This document shows, piece by piece, positions 52,285 through 64,000 of a stretch of 64,000 bases of DNA. The notes under the pieces were generated by a model. That model saw nothing but the letters and a program-made list of their open reading frames with translations, made no database searches and was not told the DNA's origin. A program made the translations under genes and the position numbers. The stretch is from contig NC_068986.1 in the NCBI RefSeq assembly GCF_001194135.2, positions 23,671,123-23,735,122 of the forward strand. Reading direction: 5' to 3'. Each line of letters begins with the position of its first letter. Position 1 is the first letter of the stretch. The DNA comes from Octopus bimaculoides (taxonomy: Eukaryota).

Positions 52285-52734
52285 TAGGCGTAGGAGTGGC
52301 TGTGTGGTAAGTAGCTTGCTTACCAACCACATGGTTCCGGGTTCAGTCTCACTGCGTGGCACCTTGGGTAAGTGTCTTCTACTATAGCCTCGGGCCGACC
52401 AAAGCCTTGTGAGTAGATTTGGTAGACGGAAACTGAAAGAAGCTCGTCGTATATATATATATATATATATATATGTGTGCGTGTGTGTCTGTGTGTGTAT
52501 GTGTGTGTATATGTTTGTGTGTCTGTGTTTGTCCCCCCAACATCACTTGACAACCGATGCTGGTGTGTTTACGTCCCCGTAAAGTAGCGGTTCGGCAAAA
52601 GAGTTCGATAGAATAAATACTAGGCATCCAAAGAATAAGTCCTAGGGTCGATTTGCTCGACTAAAGGCGGTGCGGTGCTCCAGCATGGCCACAGACAAAT
52701 GACTGAAACAAGTAAAAGAGTAAAAGAGTAAAGA
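52285..52734 (+). mobile_element. SINE family C, full length, with internal (TA)n(TG)n microsatellite
   Basis: tRNA-like head taggcgtaggagtggctgtgtggtaag...gggttcagtc; CORE-like accttgggtaagtgtctt; microsatellite at about 52450-52530; tail ending (agtaaaag)n. Confidence 0.9.
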
Positions 52735-53309
52735 TATTTTCTCCTTCCCACATTCCGCTAAATGTCTCTGACACTGAGAGAAATCAATCAGGTACAGTTC
52801 CCTACTTCCATGTATGTCATCTTAAACTAAAAACAAAAATATAATCGCGATATGCTCATCGATATGACTATTACATTACGTTGAGGGAAATCAAAGTATT
52901 ACACATCATGAAAGATGTCTACGCAACAGTCTGGGTGACTGCTTAAAACTGGCCCCTAGCCCAAAGTTTGAACAGTTTAACTTTTAATAAGGAAGTTCTA
53001 AATGCACAGGAATTGTTTCTGTCTATTATTCTCTGTATTTAGCTCTGTTATGACCTATATTGGGAGGCCAACTAATCAAGGTTGATGTTCGGTGACAATT
53101 ATAAAGCTCATATATGAATGCTGTGCGGAGGTAGCACATGTCTCATGACTCAGGTTTCAAAAACAGAAAGATAGCTCCAAAGTTGCTGTAGGACGTGTGC
53201 CGCAGAACACATTGCGACATGTAGATGGATCTAGATATTCTACTGCATCCATAGGATGCTTCTATCTATTGCGGGCTCACAGCCATTAGTCCACAATATA
53301 AAAAATCGG

Positions 53310-53517
53310 CGAACTGGAGATTGTAGCCTTATTGATAAAGAGCGATCAGGTAGACCATCCACTACAGATGATGACCAAATGAAATCATTAATTGAAAATA
53401 ACCCAGATTGCACAACCCGAGAATTGGCAGAAAGCCTCAACCTATCAAAATCCGTCGTTCATGAGCACCTGGTAAAATTTGGGTAAAAATCGGCACTAAC
53501 TTTCCGGACAACCCAAT
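53310..53517 (+). mobile_element. Internally deleted mariner: HTH region joined to a right TIR
   Basis: Translates RTGDCSLIDKERSGRPSTTDDDQMKSLIENNPDCTTRELAESLNLSKSVVHEHLVKFG (mariner RSGRP/TTRELA HTH), immediately followed by TIR-like aaaaatcggcactaactttccggacaacccaa. Confidence 0.8.
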
Positions 53518-54261
53518 GATTTCTACTATAGGCACAAGGTCTAAATTTTTAAGGGGGGCTTATAACATCGACCAAAATACTTGATTGGTACTTACTTGGC
53601 TTCCCCCTCCATCACTGAGAGGTTATAAAACTAAATCCTTCAACCTAAATTTGCTGGCCCGATACCAAAATGTGAAACAAGAATACAGAAACTGACAAAT
53701 TTGTATGTGTATGTATTCACTCACTCACTCTCTCTGTCACACAATAAGAGATAATGCAAATATCTTTACAGTAACTATTTGCTTTTGAATTGATTGTCAC
53801 TTGTCACATGACAGCAATTGATAAAATGGCGGTAACGAAGTGATGTTAATTCAATCAATTATACTCCATACAATGTTTAATGAAGTCAAACCATTATTGG
53901 TCTAAAGTTGTCGGGAAAAATATTAAACTTTATCATGTCATACAGGCATCACATGTCAAAGTAAAACCTACGATTTCTGTCTTGGTGAATGTTTTCAAAC
54001 CCACTAACTCCACATTTTTTCTAATAACGAAGTCACTATTGACAAAGAGCAGGCCGTCGCAGAACTAATTGCCAATCATTTTCAGGCTGTATGTTGCCAA
54101 ACAGTTTTCTGTTTCAAAAGTGATATAAATATTTTTTTTTCCATTTCAGTTGCACATACAGCCATATCTACAAACACTAAAACACACATACATAAATATA
54201 CAATTCATGTGCATACATAAATATATAAATGTATGTGTGATTGTGCGTACGGTATATATAG

Positions 54262-54342
<81 letters not shown>

Positions 54343-54348
54343 ATTTTG

Positions 54349-54996
54349 GGATCTATTTCAAAACGGGGGTACCAGTATTTTCTTAACGAAACACTAACGA
54401 AACACTTTGAAACTTGGGACACTGGTAGAATGTGTTATATAAAACANNNNNNNNNNNNNNNNNNNNNNNNNNNNNNNNNNNNNNNNNNNNNNNNNNNNNN
54501 NNNNNNNNNNNNNNNNNNNNNNNNNNNNNNNNNNNNNNNNNNNNNNNNNNNNNNNNNNNNNNNNNNNNNNNNNNNNNNNNNNNNNNNNNNNNNNNNNNNN
54601 NNNNNNNNNNNNNNNNNNNNNNNNNNNNNNNNNNNNNNNNNNNNNNNNNNNNNNNNNNNNNNNNNNNNNNNNNNNNNNNNNNNNNNNNNNNNNNNNNNNN
54701 NNNNNNNNNNNNNNNNNNNNNNNNNNNNNNNNNNNNNNNNNNNNNNNNNNNNNNNNNNNNNNNNNNNNNNNNNNNNNNNNNNNNNNNNNNNNNNNNNNNN
54801 NNNNNNNNNNNNNNNNNNNNNNNNNNNNNNNNNNNNNNNNNNNNNNNNTTTTACATGAAATAAATTCGAATACAAAAATTTTTTTCTGTTCTATAACACA
54901 AAATAGATAAGTATACGAAGTTTGAAAGTCTTTCGGTACCAAAAACACTACATAAAACATAAATGAAAACTGGTGCCCCCGTTTTGAAATAGATCC
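54349..54996. mobile_element. TIR element (MITE) with 8-bp TSD; Merlin-like
   Basis: 28-bp TIRs at 54349-54376 and 54969-54996 (one mismatch), ends GG...CC. CAATTTTG is duplicated at 54341-54348 and 54997-55004. The interior is partly gap (54447-54848). Confidence 0.75.
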
Positions 54997-55040
54997 CAAT
55001 TTTGCATTGTGTATGTATCTATCTTTCTCTATCTCCCCCC

Positions 55041-55105
<65 letters not shown>

Positions 55106-55504
55106 GACAAATACGTGCATATTTGTTCGTCGCCTCCATTGAAATAACCAAAGACATATCGGATCCTATATATCATCAACATAGCTAAAAGAAGAAAACA
55201 AATGGAAATTGGTCCCTAGACAGACAGTGGCACTAACAAGACAAGGGTAACTGGCTGAAAGCAACACATTAGTAAAACACAATCATAGATACGTACATAT
55301 GCGCACGCGCACTCACACATACGCACACTGACACGCAGATACAGACAAACTGACAGGCAGACTGACAGACATAGTTGGTGGAGGTCAACTCGTGAGTGAA
55401 TAAGACTATCCTAAACTCAGTAAGTGTGTGTATCTATCTATCTATCTATCTATCTATACGTACATACATACATACATATATATAACAGATATATCAATAT
55501 ATAA

Positions 55505-55542
<38 letters not shown>

Positions 55543-56268
55543 NNNNNNNNNNNNNNNNNNNNNNNNNNNNNNNNNNNNNNNNNNNNNNNNNNNNNNNNNN
55601 NNNNNNNNNNNNNNNNNNNNNNNNNNNNNNNNNNNNNNNNNNNNNNNNNNNNNNNNNNNNNNNNNNNNNNNNNNNNNNNNNNNNNNNNNNNNNNNNNNNN
55701 NNNNNNNNNNNNNNNNNCATATGTATGTATGTAGGTCGGTCGGTCGGTCGGTAGGTAGGTAGGTATAGACAGCATATGCTTTTCGTATTTAAAAGTACAG
55801 ATTCATTAATATTCAACCGACTGTAACCAACCCACCATTAACTCTCGAGTTCTATGATGTATCTATTAGTTTATTCCCAAAACTAACCCGATAAGCAATA
55901 ACGTTTGACTAGTGCTAAATTATATTAAAGAAGTCGATTACACAGGTCAATATGTTAAATCGCCAACTGAATCAATACTACCAGTCAATAAGCAGGAACT
56001 GGTAAACCTTTTCCTTATGCATTTTGTTTTTAACTTTACATAGATTGTAAAATAATAGAAAGTCTATATAGATGGTATATGTTTTCGTCTGATTTTTGCA
56101 TTTGAACATCACCTTACATATTTCTGACAAAACGGCCGAATAATTCGTTTTATAGAATCTATTCTTCAAAGAAAGCTGGTAAATTTATGTGAGGATTTTT
56201 CGAGTTGATTTTTCATGTTCCTGTCTCTCTCACTTCCTCCCTATATATATGTGTGTGTGTATACATAC

Positions 56269-56303
<35 letters not shown>

Positions 56304-56569
56304 GAGAATGAAACTTACGTTGCCATATTGGCGTTTAGCTGTATAGCATCCGGAAGGGAGACCAGCTGCTGGTGCTACTACTACTACTACTTATCTTCGT
56401 CAACATCATCATCTGCTTTTTCTTCATTTATCAATATGGATTGGAACTTAAATAGATACGTCAGAAAACATAATTTAAAATTGTTTTTCAGGAGTAAATG
56501 TTAAAGATAGGCATTTCAAAATATTGACAATCTTAGTTTCTTCTTAACTACTTCTCTAATTCGATTTCT

Positions 56570-57750
56570 GTGAACTCATTACACCAGAAAATAAGCGTTA
56601 AGTTTCCAGAAACTTGGCCCCTGTATAGGGAACTTATCTTGGTTGAATGTGGTTTTGTAGCCTATATAACCGACAACTTTGAAATGCTGAAGACCTGCGC
56701 TATCTTTGTCTAGTGACCTATGGACAACTTTACCAGTTCTCCTTTTTGGTCTGATAGGCTTCGAAGATTTTCGAGTTTTCCACGATGTCTATCGGCTCTG
56801 CAGCAATTAGCCAAGCAAGGGCTATTTCTGGCGGCACCTGTTGAATTATAATTTTGACCAGTCTCTGACCGCAATGGAAAGGAACTAACAACAGTTCCTC
56901 GCTTTTGAGTAGATTCAAAGTATCTTCCTCGGTGCGGAATCGAACATCCATCATTCGATAGGCCCTTCCTCTCTCTATTTACTCCTTTAGATTCTAGACG
57001 GGTCCTAAAGCTTTTTGTAGTTGAGCTTCTGTGGCTCTTTCCACCCTCCTTAATTTCAAACCGATAGTACGGTACGTCACTGTGCGACGTATCGTATTCC
57101 TGATTCTCTCAGTGGAAGTATTTAACTTTGCAGCTATTCCGTCTCTCTCGGCTAGCTGTCTAGCATCTTTAAGTTCCTCTTCAGAGAAGGGTATTCTCTT
57201 CAGAGATGACTCAGTTACTCCAGCGAAAGAAAGTTGAGAAGAACTAATCCACGCCATTGCACTGATTCGTGTCTCAGCGCAGTCATTGTTTTTGTCATTG
57301 TTGTTGACGCTTTTGTTGCTGCAGTTGTTGTTGTTACCTTTGTTATTTTTGTTGTGGCTGTTGGCGGCGATGCTGTTGTTCTTGCTGTTGTTGTTACTTA
57401 TACTCAACGCGTCCGTTGCTTCGCTGACGAAAGGGCTCTCATTGTTTATATTTTCGAAATTGCTGTTTTTATTTCGAACAGTGTTGTCAAAAACGGAGCC
57501 TCTGCTTTTCCGACGATTTTCTAAGAAATCCCTCTTGTAAAAATTGGCTCAGCCTTTTTCTCCTTTTGTTTTTCGATAAAAATACGGCTATCGACTGTAC
57601 TTCTTTCCAACCGCAAGTCACTTCCCACACCCGCTTTCTCGCTCTCATTGACGTTTGGTGACGCTCCTCACACTCGTCCCTTTCTCACATTGCGCATCAC
57701 CGTGTTTTGTTGTTTCCGCCATGTTGGTGGGGATAACGCAAACAACTATG
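56570..57750 (-). mobile_element. L1/Tx1-clade LINE remnant: ORF1-like region fused to the post-endonuclease part of ORF2
   Basis: Relatively GC-rich, decayed coding-like region from a candidate ATG at 57722 (ORF-track peptides 57407-56994 and 56954-56730). The end reads QHFKVVGY...IQGPSFWKLNAYFL, matching the L1-clade GPG(Y/F)WKLN.SLL motif. The ORF1 assignment is inferred. Confidence 0.6.
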
Positions 57751-57751
57751 G

Positions 57752-58408
57752 TTAAAAACCAAAATCAATTGACCTGTCCTCCAAAAATGGGGGACAAAAC
57801 AGAAAAATGAACTCACCACTCGAAATGCCTTGATGCAGTAAACAGGCACTGGCTCTCATGGTTTTTGATCTTAACTCATTGGAAGTGTTATCATGTACAT
57901 TGTTTTGTCTTTGTATAAAAGATGGGCTACAGCAAATATTCTGCTCAATACTACAGATTTTCTTGTCAGTTGTTTGACTTTTACCAGTTGAGCATGTCCC
58001 TTTCTGTCTGATGATATGTGCATTTCTGATCATGAGCAGAAGTAGTGGGGGAGCATCATAGCCATGTGTTGAGAGGAATTCTTTGGGGTTTGGATAATTC
58101 ACCTTTGGAAACATGGGTGTTTTGCTCAACATTCCTTAAACAACCCTTATTCGGGGGCCTTTTGAGTGGGATGGGCTACTCGACCTGAATGAAATTCTAA
58201 CTGGGCCCCACCTGCAAAGTCATGTGCTGTTTATCTTGATATGAATTTACCATGTCGCGCACATATGGTTGTGATGCATGTTCGTGGTATACCCTTATCA
58301 GACGAGTAGTCATGATGGGTATACTGGGCTTCATATATTTTATCCCAGTGTCACTTTGATGGCATGCACCGCTTTCTCACTCAATAGTAATAATAAATAA
58401 TAATAATA
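57752..58408 (+). mobile_element. Unclassified non-coding repeat ending in a (TAA)n-like tail (probable non-autonomous retroposon)
   Basis: About 650 bp of higher-GC, complex sequence with no credible ORF, ending ctcactcaatagtaataataaataataataat. Single copy in this window. Confidence 0.35.
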
Positions 58409-59961
58409 TAGATATAGTGAATTGGTCATGTGATAGATTTGATAGCCTGTGGCCACGTATGTAAATCAGTGACAATAGGTATAGTCTGTGCTGTAACAAA
58501 AAATCGGGCATAATCTGTAAGGAAAAATCGGGAATTTAATGATGGATGCATTAATAATAGCTTTGCATAGGAATAGAAGACGCTATAGTTCTTATGAATT
58601 ATGGACAATCATTTAGAAAAACTATTCTTGAACATCAACGAAGATAAATATACGCTGTAAGGATTACACAATAGGGAAATAAAAAATCACAACATATCAA
58701 CACCCACTGATATAAGCGAGCTAAACGATTTTCTGTACACGGGCAGGAATACGTTGTTAAATAAATAAGTATTGTTAGAATAGATAAGAATCCTCATCAT
58801 GGAATAAATGATTGGATGGGTAAATATAAGTATACAATTGATACCTTACTTAGCGAAGTAAGTTAGATAACAGTAGATAATCCTTTCAGAAATAAATGAA
58901 ATACATATAGAATGAATCTGTAAACACCCGTATCTTTAAAACAACACGAAACGAAAAATAAATAAAAAGCTTAAATTATTGATTAACTACGATATCATTT
59001 AGGAAAAACTATTCTTTTAAAACTATGGCTTTCAAAACTACCTGCAAAAAGTCTCTTGAAAAATATCCAGTGAAAATATAGATGTAAACAATATACTAAA
59101 ATAAGTTTAAAATGAGAAACCTTTTGGAAACCAGTTTGTAAAAACGAAATCATTGCAAAATGATATTTGGGCAGAAGATTGTTACGGAAGAGAAAACAAC
59201 CCACAAATACGTAGAAATTAAAACAAAAATATTTTATCAACTTCGGAAACTGGAAAATGTATGTCACTGAAAACATGCAAAAGTGTTCGTGATTGTATTC
59301 CGTTTATGCTAAATGTTTGAGCAGAAATAGAATTGCAGATGTGTTTGTGAGAATTGAGCGCAGGCAATCTATAAATGAATATGTCGACAGAATATAATAA
59401 TTACAAAAGACTCATCTGAATTGCAAAAATATTATATGTTCCATTAACATATCAGTACAAACTCCACTATGTATCTGTGTGGTACTAGAATGAATCTTAA
59501 AAATGTAGACCTATGCAAACAATCTACAATAAACATAGCATATTAGAGGAGAATCGAATGAAAAAATGAGCTTAAAGAGGTAATTATTTTTGGTGGTTCC
59601 GACACTGCCGCTTCACAAGAAGGTCTCCTCTTTCCTTCCACGTATTAGGGTCTTGAAAAGCTAGTGTATTATTTATGTCGAGCAACAACATTCTAAACTA
59701 AAACAACAGAAGGTAAGCATATCAAGGTGCATTAGACATTAATAGAGAACAGATGTTCACCATAATTGTCGTTCGAAATATGCCTTTGAATCATAAAGCA
59801 TATCATTGCGTGACTAAATCTGTTGTGGGAAGTATATACCAAATATAAATATGAATATTTACTCTGATTTGGATTCAGAAATCCAGTGCGGATGGGTTAA
59901 CAGAAACTGCAGCATGCAAGAGGCAAGAAGAGGCTATCATTATTGTGGAATAAAACCACTG

Positions 59962-60148
59962 TGAGTTGGTAGAATTGATAGAGAGTCGGAAAGAAAAGGC
60001 TTTACAGTATTTCCAAGTTCAAATTCCGGCGAGGTCGACTTTGCTTTTCATCATTTCAGGGTTGAAAAATACATACCAATCAAGTATTGGGATTGATGGA
60101 ATCGAGGTGCTTCCTCCTCTCAAAACTGATGGTCTTGTGCCACAATTA
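59962..60148 (+). mobile_element. SINE family B, diverged
   Basis: gagttggtagaa...gttcaaattccggcgaggtcgactttgcttttcatcatttcaggg...ggtcttgtgcc. Confidence 0.75.
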
Positions 60149-60801
60149 GATGTGATCGTTAGTGTGGAATAAATATCCACAATTCTTATAGCAAAAATGA
60201 AAACTGCTCAACCAGTGTCGTTCGACTTCTGAAATGTCATATCACATTATATCAAGAATTTGATATCCTAATAGGCCGCAACAATTTATGCTTCAGTAGA
60301 CATAACCTGATGGTGCGTGGCTCCTCTCCAGTTATGAATAACTATTCATTTCTGTGGGAGTTCTGCGTTATTTTCAGGTATTATATTTAATTTTGATAAT
60401 TAAACAGAAACTTCGTTTAGTCAAAAACACGAAGTGAAGGAGCCGGTTTAATTACCAACAATCCGACTATGAAACGTAACATATTAGCATACATCGTCAA
60501 GTATCATATGAAAGTTGACTTACGGCAACTTCAGTGATATATACTTGGAGACAAAATAACATAACGAAACTAATCGATATACATTTAATCGACGTATTAT
60601 TTCTTTGAAAAAATCTCAGTGTGGTTAAAATGCTCATTTTGTAACCACGTTATTTCGGCTTCATTCTCAATTCGCGGCACCGAGGGCATGTGTCTCCTAC
60701 TATAGACTCGGTTTTGCTCATGCCTGACCAGCTTATTTAGTTAAGAGACACTGTTTGGAAGTTCGTTTATTTGATATATATATATATATATACATACACA
60801 C

Positions 60802-60851
<50 letters not shown>

Positions 60852-62148
60852 AGTGAGGTGAGAGAATATACAGAGCTGTTTCACAATCTCTTTAGTTATA
60901 TGCAGGGTGTTCGGGCAAAATTTGACAACTTTTGTGTCCCCTTTTTTTAGGAACAACTTCATACATTGGTGAGCCTAAAGTAAAATCTTACTTCCCACTC
61001 ATAATATATTTGATACTTTTGATTTTTGTAAAAAAATACATTTATTTTGGGATGGAATATTGACTTTTCTTTTCCTTTTATGCAAATTGTCAAATTTAAC
61101 TTGAACACACTGTGATTGATACGCATCAACATTCGCACATTTATACAATACATACAGATATATGTGAATGGAAATCTGTATACATACTTGTGCTCAGAAA
61201 TCAAGAGATTAATCTTCAGAACGATTCAAAGTACTTTAAAAAGTGTAGGTGAGCCCCCTACCCACCGAAGCAATAAATACCGGACTTGAAATATGTACTG
61301 AGCTCGATTTGTACAACTAAACACGCCAAGTGTGAGTTCGAACAGTGATGCAATCCAATGACCTAAACAAGTAACAGAAAAGATAAATGAAAAGACAGTA
61401 CGCATATAAGACTCTGCCTGTCTTAATAGAGTCCATGTGAATATCTATGAAACAATAGCTCTCTTCCAACATGGTTGAGCTACAACCAGGATGCTAAATT
61501 ACAACAACCATAGCAGTTTGCGGTACAAATTTTTAGTGGAACTGGAACTTTGGATTCCGAATGTGGTTTTGTAAGTTAGCTTAAAATCATTCTAATAAAG
61601 TTTTAAAGTTTTTTAGATGAGCATCCAAAAGTACCCGTTACGTCTAGTTAATTCTATAACATGTTAAATCAGATCTAATCCTCATTTTCAATTGAAATAA
61701 GCGCTCAGAATGGTGAGATCAATAGAGCGCCGTTAAAAGATTACTTTGATATAATTGGTTGCTGATTTGAATTTGTGAATTCCAGTTCCCATGTGGTGGC
61801 CATTTCCTTTCATCTCTTCCGCGGTAGTATTTCCTGAACACTGGTGGCTTTGTATGTATTAGAAATCATTATATTTTAATTGTAAAAACTTCGTAGCTGC
61901 AAATGAACGCACAATTTTTGTTTCAAATTATAAATAGGCTGATTTCACATTTAAGCTGTTGATAACATTGCGGGAAACAAACACAAAGTATTAATGAAAC
62001 AAAAAAAAACTTGCTGTCAAGTTCAAATTTCTAATTCAAGTAATGCTGATGAACAACATGCATTACTAATATCATGAGGATCTTGTGTAACAGAAGTGAT
62101 TGGAACCAACCATTAATGTAAATTCAAGTTTGTACCTTAGGGAGAGAG

Positions 62149-62156
<8 letters not shown>

Positions 62157-62241
<85 letters not shown>

Positions 62242-62309
62242 GAGAACGTGTGAGAGAGAGAGGAAGAACATGTGAGAAAGAGAGAAAGAAAGAAAGAGAC
62301 AAAAATTGA

Positions 62310-62352
<43 letters not shown>
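62157..62352. repeat. (GA)n and (TG)n microsatellites
   Basis: Visible directly in the sequence. Confidence 0.95.
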
Positions 62353-63275
62353 AGCAGGAGAGGATTAATGTGCGCAAGGACATTGGCAAAATATTTTAGT
62401 TGAAGCAAGAAAATGTTCAATAAATTATCACAGAAGAAATGAGATACAAGTTGAACTAATATGAAAATATCATAAATTAATAAAGGGACGACCAAATAAC
62501 GCTATGGTCAAAGACATTCCAACCATGACCATCCATTCTTTGCTGAAATGCAGAATATTAAACCTACATTATCCAATGTGCTTGTATCTTTTACAACGGT
62601 TCAGTATTATGTGAAAGAGATTTAATTGATATTCTGTCATATGAAGGGTACACTGAAAAGTTTTCTGGAAGACAGTAAAAAACAAAATTCTTTTAAGATA
62701 ATAATCGTCGTATTTTAATCATATTTAAAATTTTCTTGATTCTGACATAATCCCAGATATCTACTGAACATATAAATCTCTCTCGGATTATTTATGAAAA
62801 ATTTTATCTTTGATTATCTAAACATAATCTGAATATTTTCATTCTTCATTCTAGAATAAGGAAGAAATGTTTCTATGTAAGTATATTCGAAAGAAACATT
62901 ATTCCAGTGGAAAATATCCACCTGCGACAATTTATAAAATGATTGATGTTTGTCTTGCAATTCACTCAAAGACCGTCAGAGCATGAATTCCAGCTATTGA
63001 TGTGTTGTGGATTAATCTTTTTACATCAGTTGTATAAAAAACGTTTTACATATCACTTGACTTATTATATTCTCCTTACAATACGAATTGTCATACTATA
63101 CCAGCGCTGTTGTTGCGATTCTCGCCAGAAAGTTTCTATGTTTCAGTATTTCGAAATCATCTTTTAGTTTTTTTGTTGTTTTTTTTTTGTAGTCTTAGAA
63201 ATGACAATCCTAGGTTCTCGTATGCATTCATGTTTGGATGATTTGAGAAATATTGGGAAGATTTGAAATAGACAC

Positions 63276-63296
63276 AATAATAATAATAATTATTAT

Positions 63297-63357
<61 letters not shown>

Positions 63358-63379
63358 GTAATAATAATAATAATAACAA
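63276..63379. repeat. (TAA)n microsatellite
   Basis: Visible directly in the sequence. Confidence 0.95.
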
Positions 63380-64000
63380 TGTGCAGTTACGTACCATAAA
63401 ACTCATACATATGCTGCTATGTATGTGATCAGTCATGAATCACTTTATACATATCTAAGCGTGTGGAAATAGAGAATCGAGATAAATACGCTTCCATAAA
63501 CAACTACATTTTAACAAAAGAATCATACAAGAAAGCAAATCTTTGTCCAAGCACATGTTCAATAAAATGCTTCAGCGCACATGTATATGAAATATGTTAT
63601 ATAATATATTAGTGTGCATAAACATTTACTTAGCGACTGATACCTTCCCCTCTCGCACACTAGAGACACCTAGCCGATTATATATGACATCCAAGATCTA
63701 TTTTGTTTTCCTTCTTCTACACACACGCGAGACACACAAAAACACGAATAAACAATAATGTGTGTGTTTGTGTGTGTTATCATGATGTTTTCAAATATTT
63801 TATCTCAGCAGATAGTAATAGAGATCCATGGTGTTTGCAGAAACAGTACACCCGTTTAATATTATTAGATTACATGGAAAAATGCGAACAAGAGAAATAA
63901 TATTCTTAAGATTATAAACCTGGAAAATTACAGGACAAGTTATTACACTTGGAAAAGTTCGGTCTAACTTATTACATCTGGTAAAGTACAGAACAAGAAA

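Noticed and set aside
60903-60935. CAGGGTGTTC... resembling a Tc1/pogo TIR start
   Set aside because: No partner inverted repeat and no immediate TA flank.

Overview
AT-rich, microsatellite-saturated eukaryotic draft-scaffold sequence with 14 N-gaps (about 5.8 kb in total). The tRNA-derived SINE repertoire and the TA/CA/TAA/TCTA microsatellite load look like a cephalopod, probably Octopus; this is inference from repeat style, not a database result. I found no host protein-coding gene, rRNA, tRNA or CRISPR array that I can support, so the window reads as intergenic or large-intron DNA. The ORF track mostly reflects microsatellites and N-gaps. Recognisable content is transposon-derived. (1) Several tRNA-headed SINE families (working labels A-F) share head, core and tail modules in different combinations. 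(2) Six 5'-truncated or decayed R4/Dong-type restriction-like-endonuclease LINE pieces occur, five of them abutting (TAA)n tracts. (3) There are decayed RTE, CR1/L2 and L1/Tx1 LINE remnants. (4) There are two mariner transposase relics. (5) There are two TIR-bearing MITEs, one with a clean 8-bp TSD and GG...CC ends (Merlin-like). (6) A Penelope-like segment carries a hammerhead-ribozyme core. A few short exon-like segments and one palindromic motif next to a TATA box are flagged as low-confidence leads. I see no evidence for a wholly new system; the best leads are the TAA-targeted LINE nests, the hammerhead relic, SINE module shuffling and the Merlin-like MITE.
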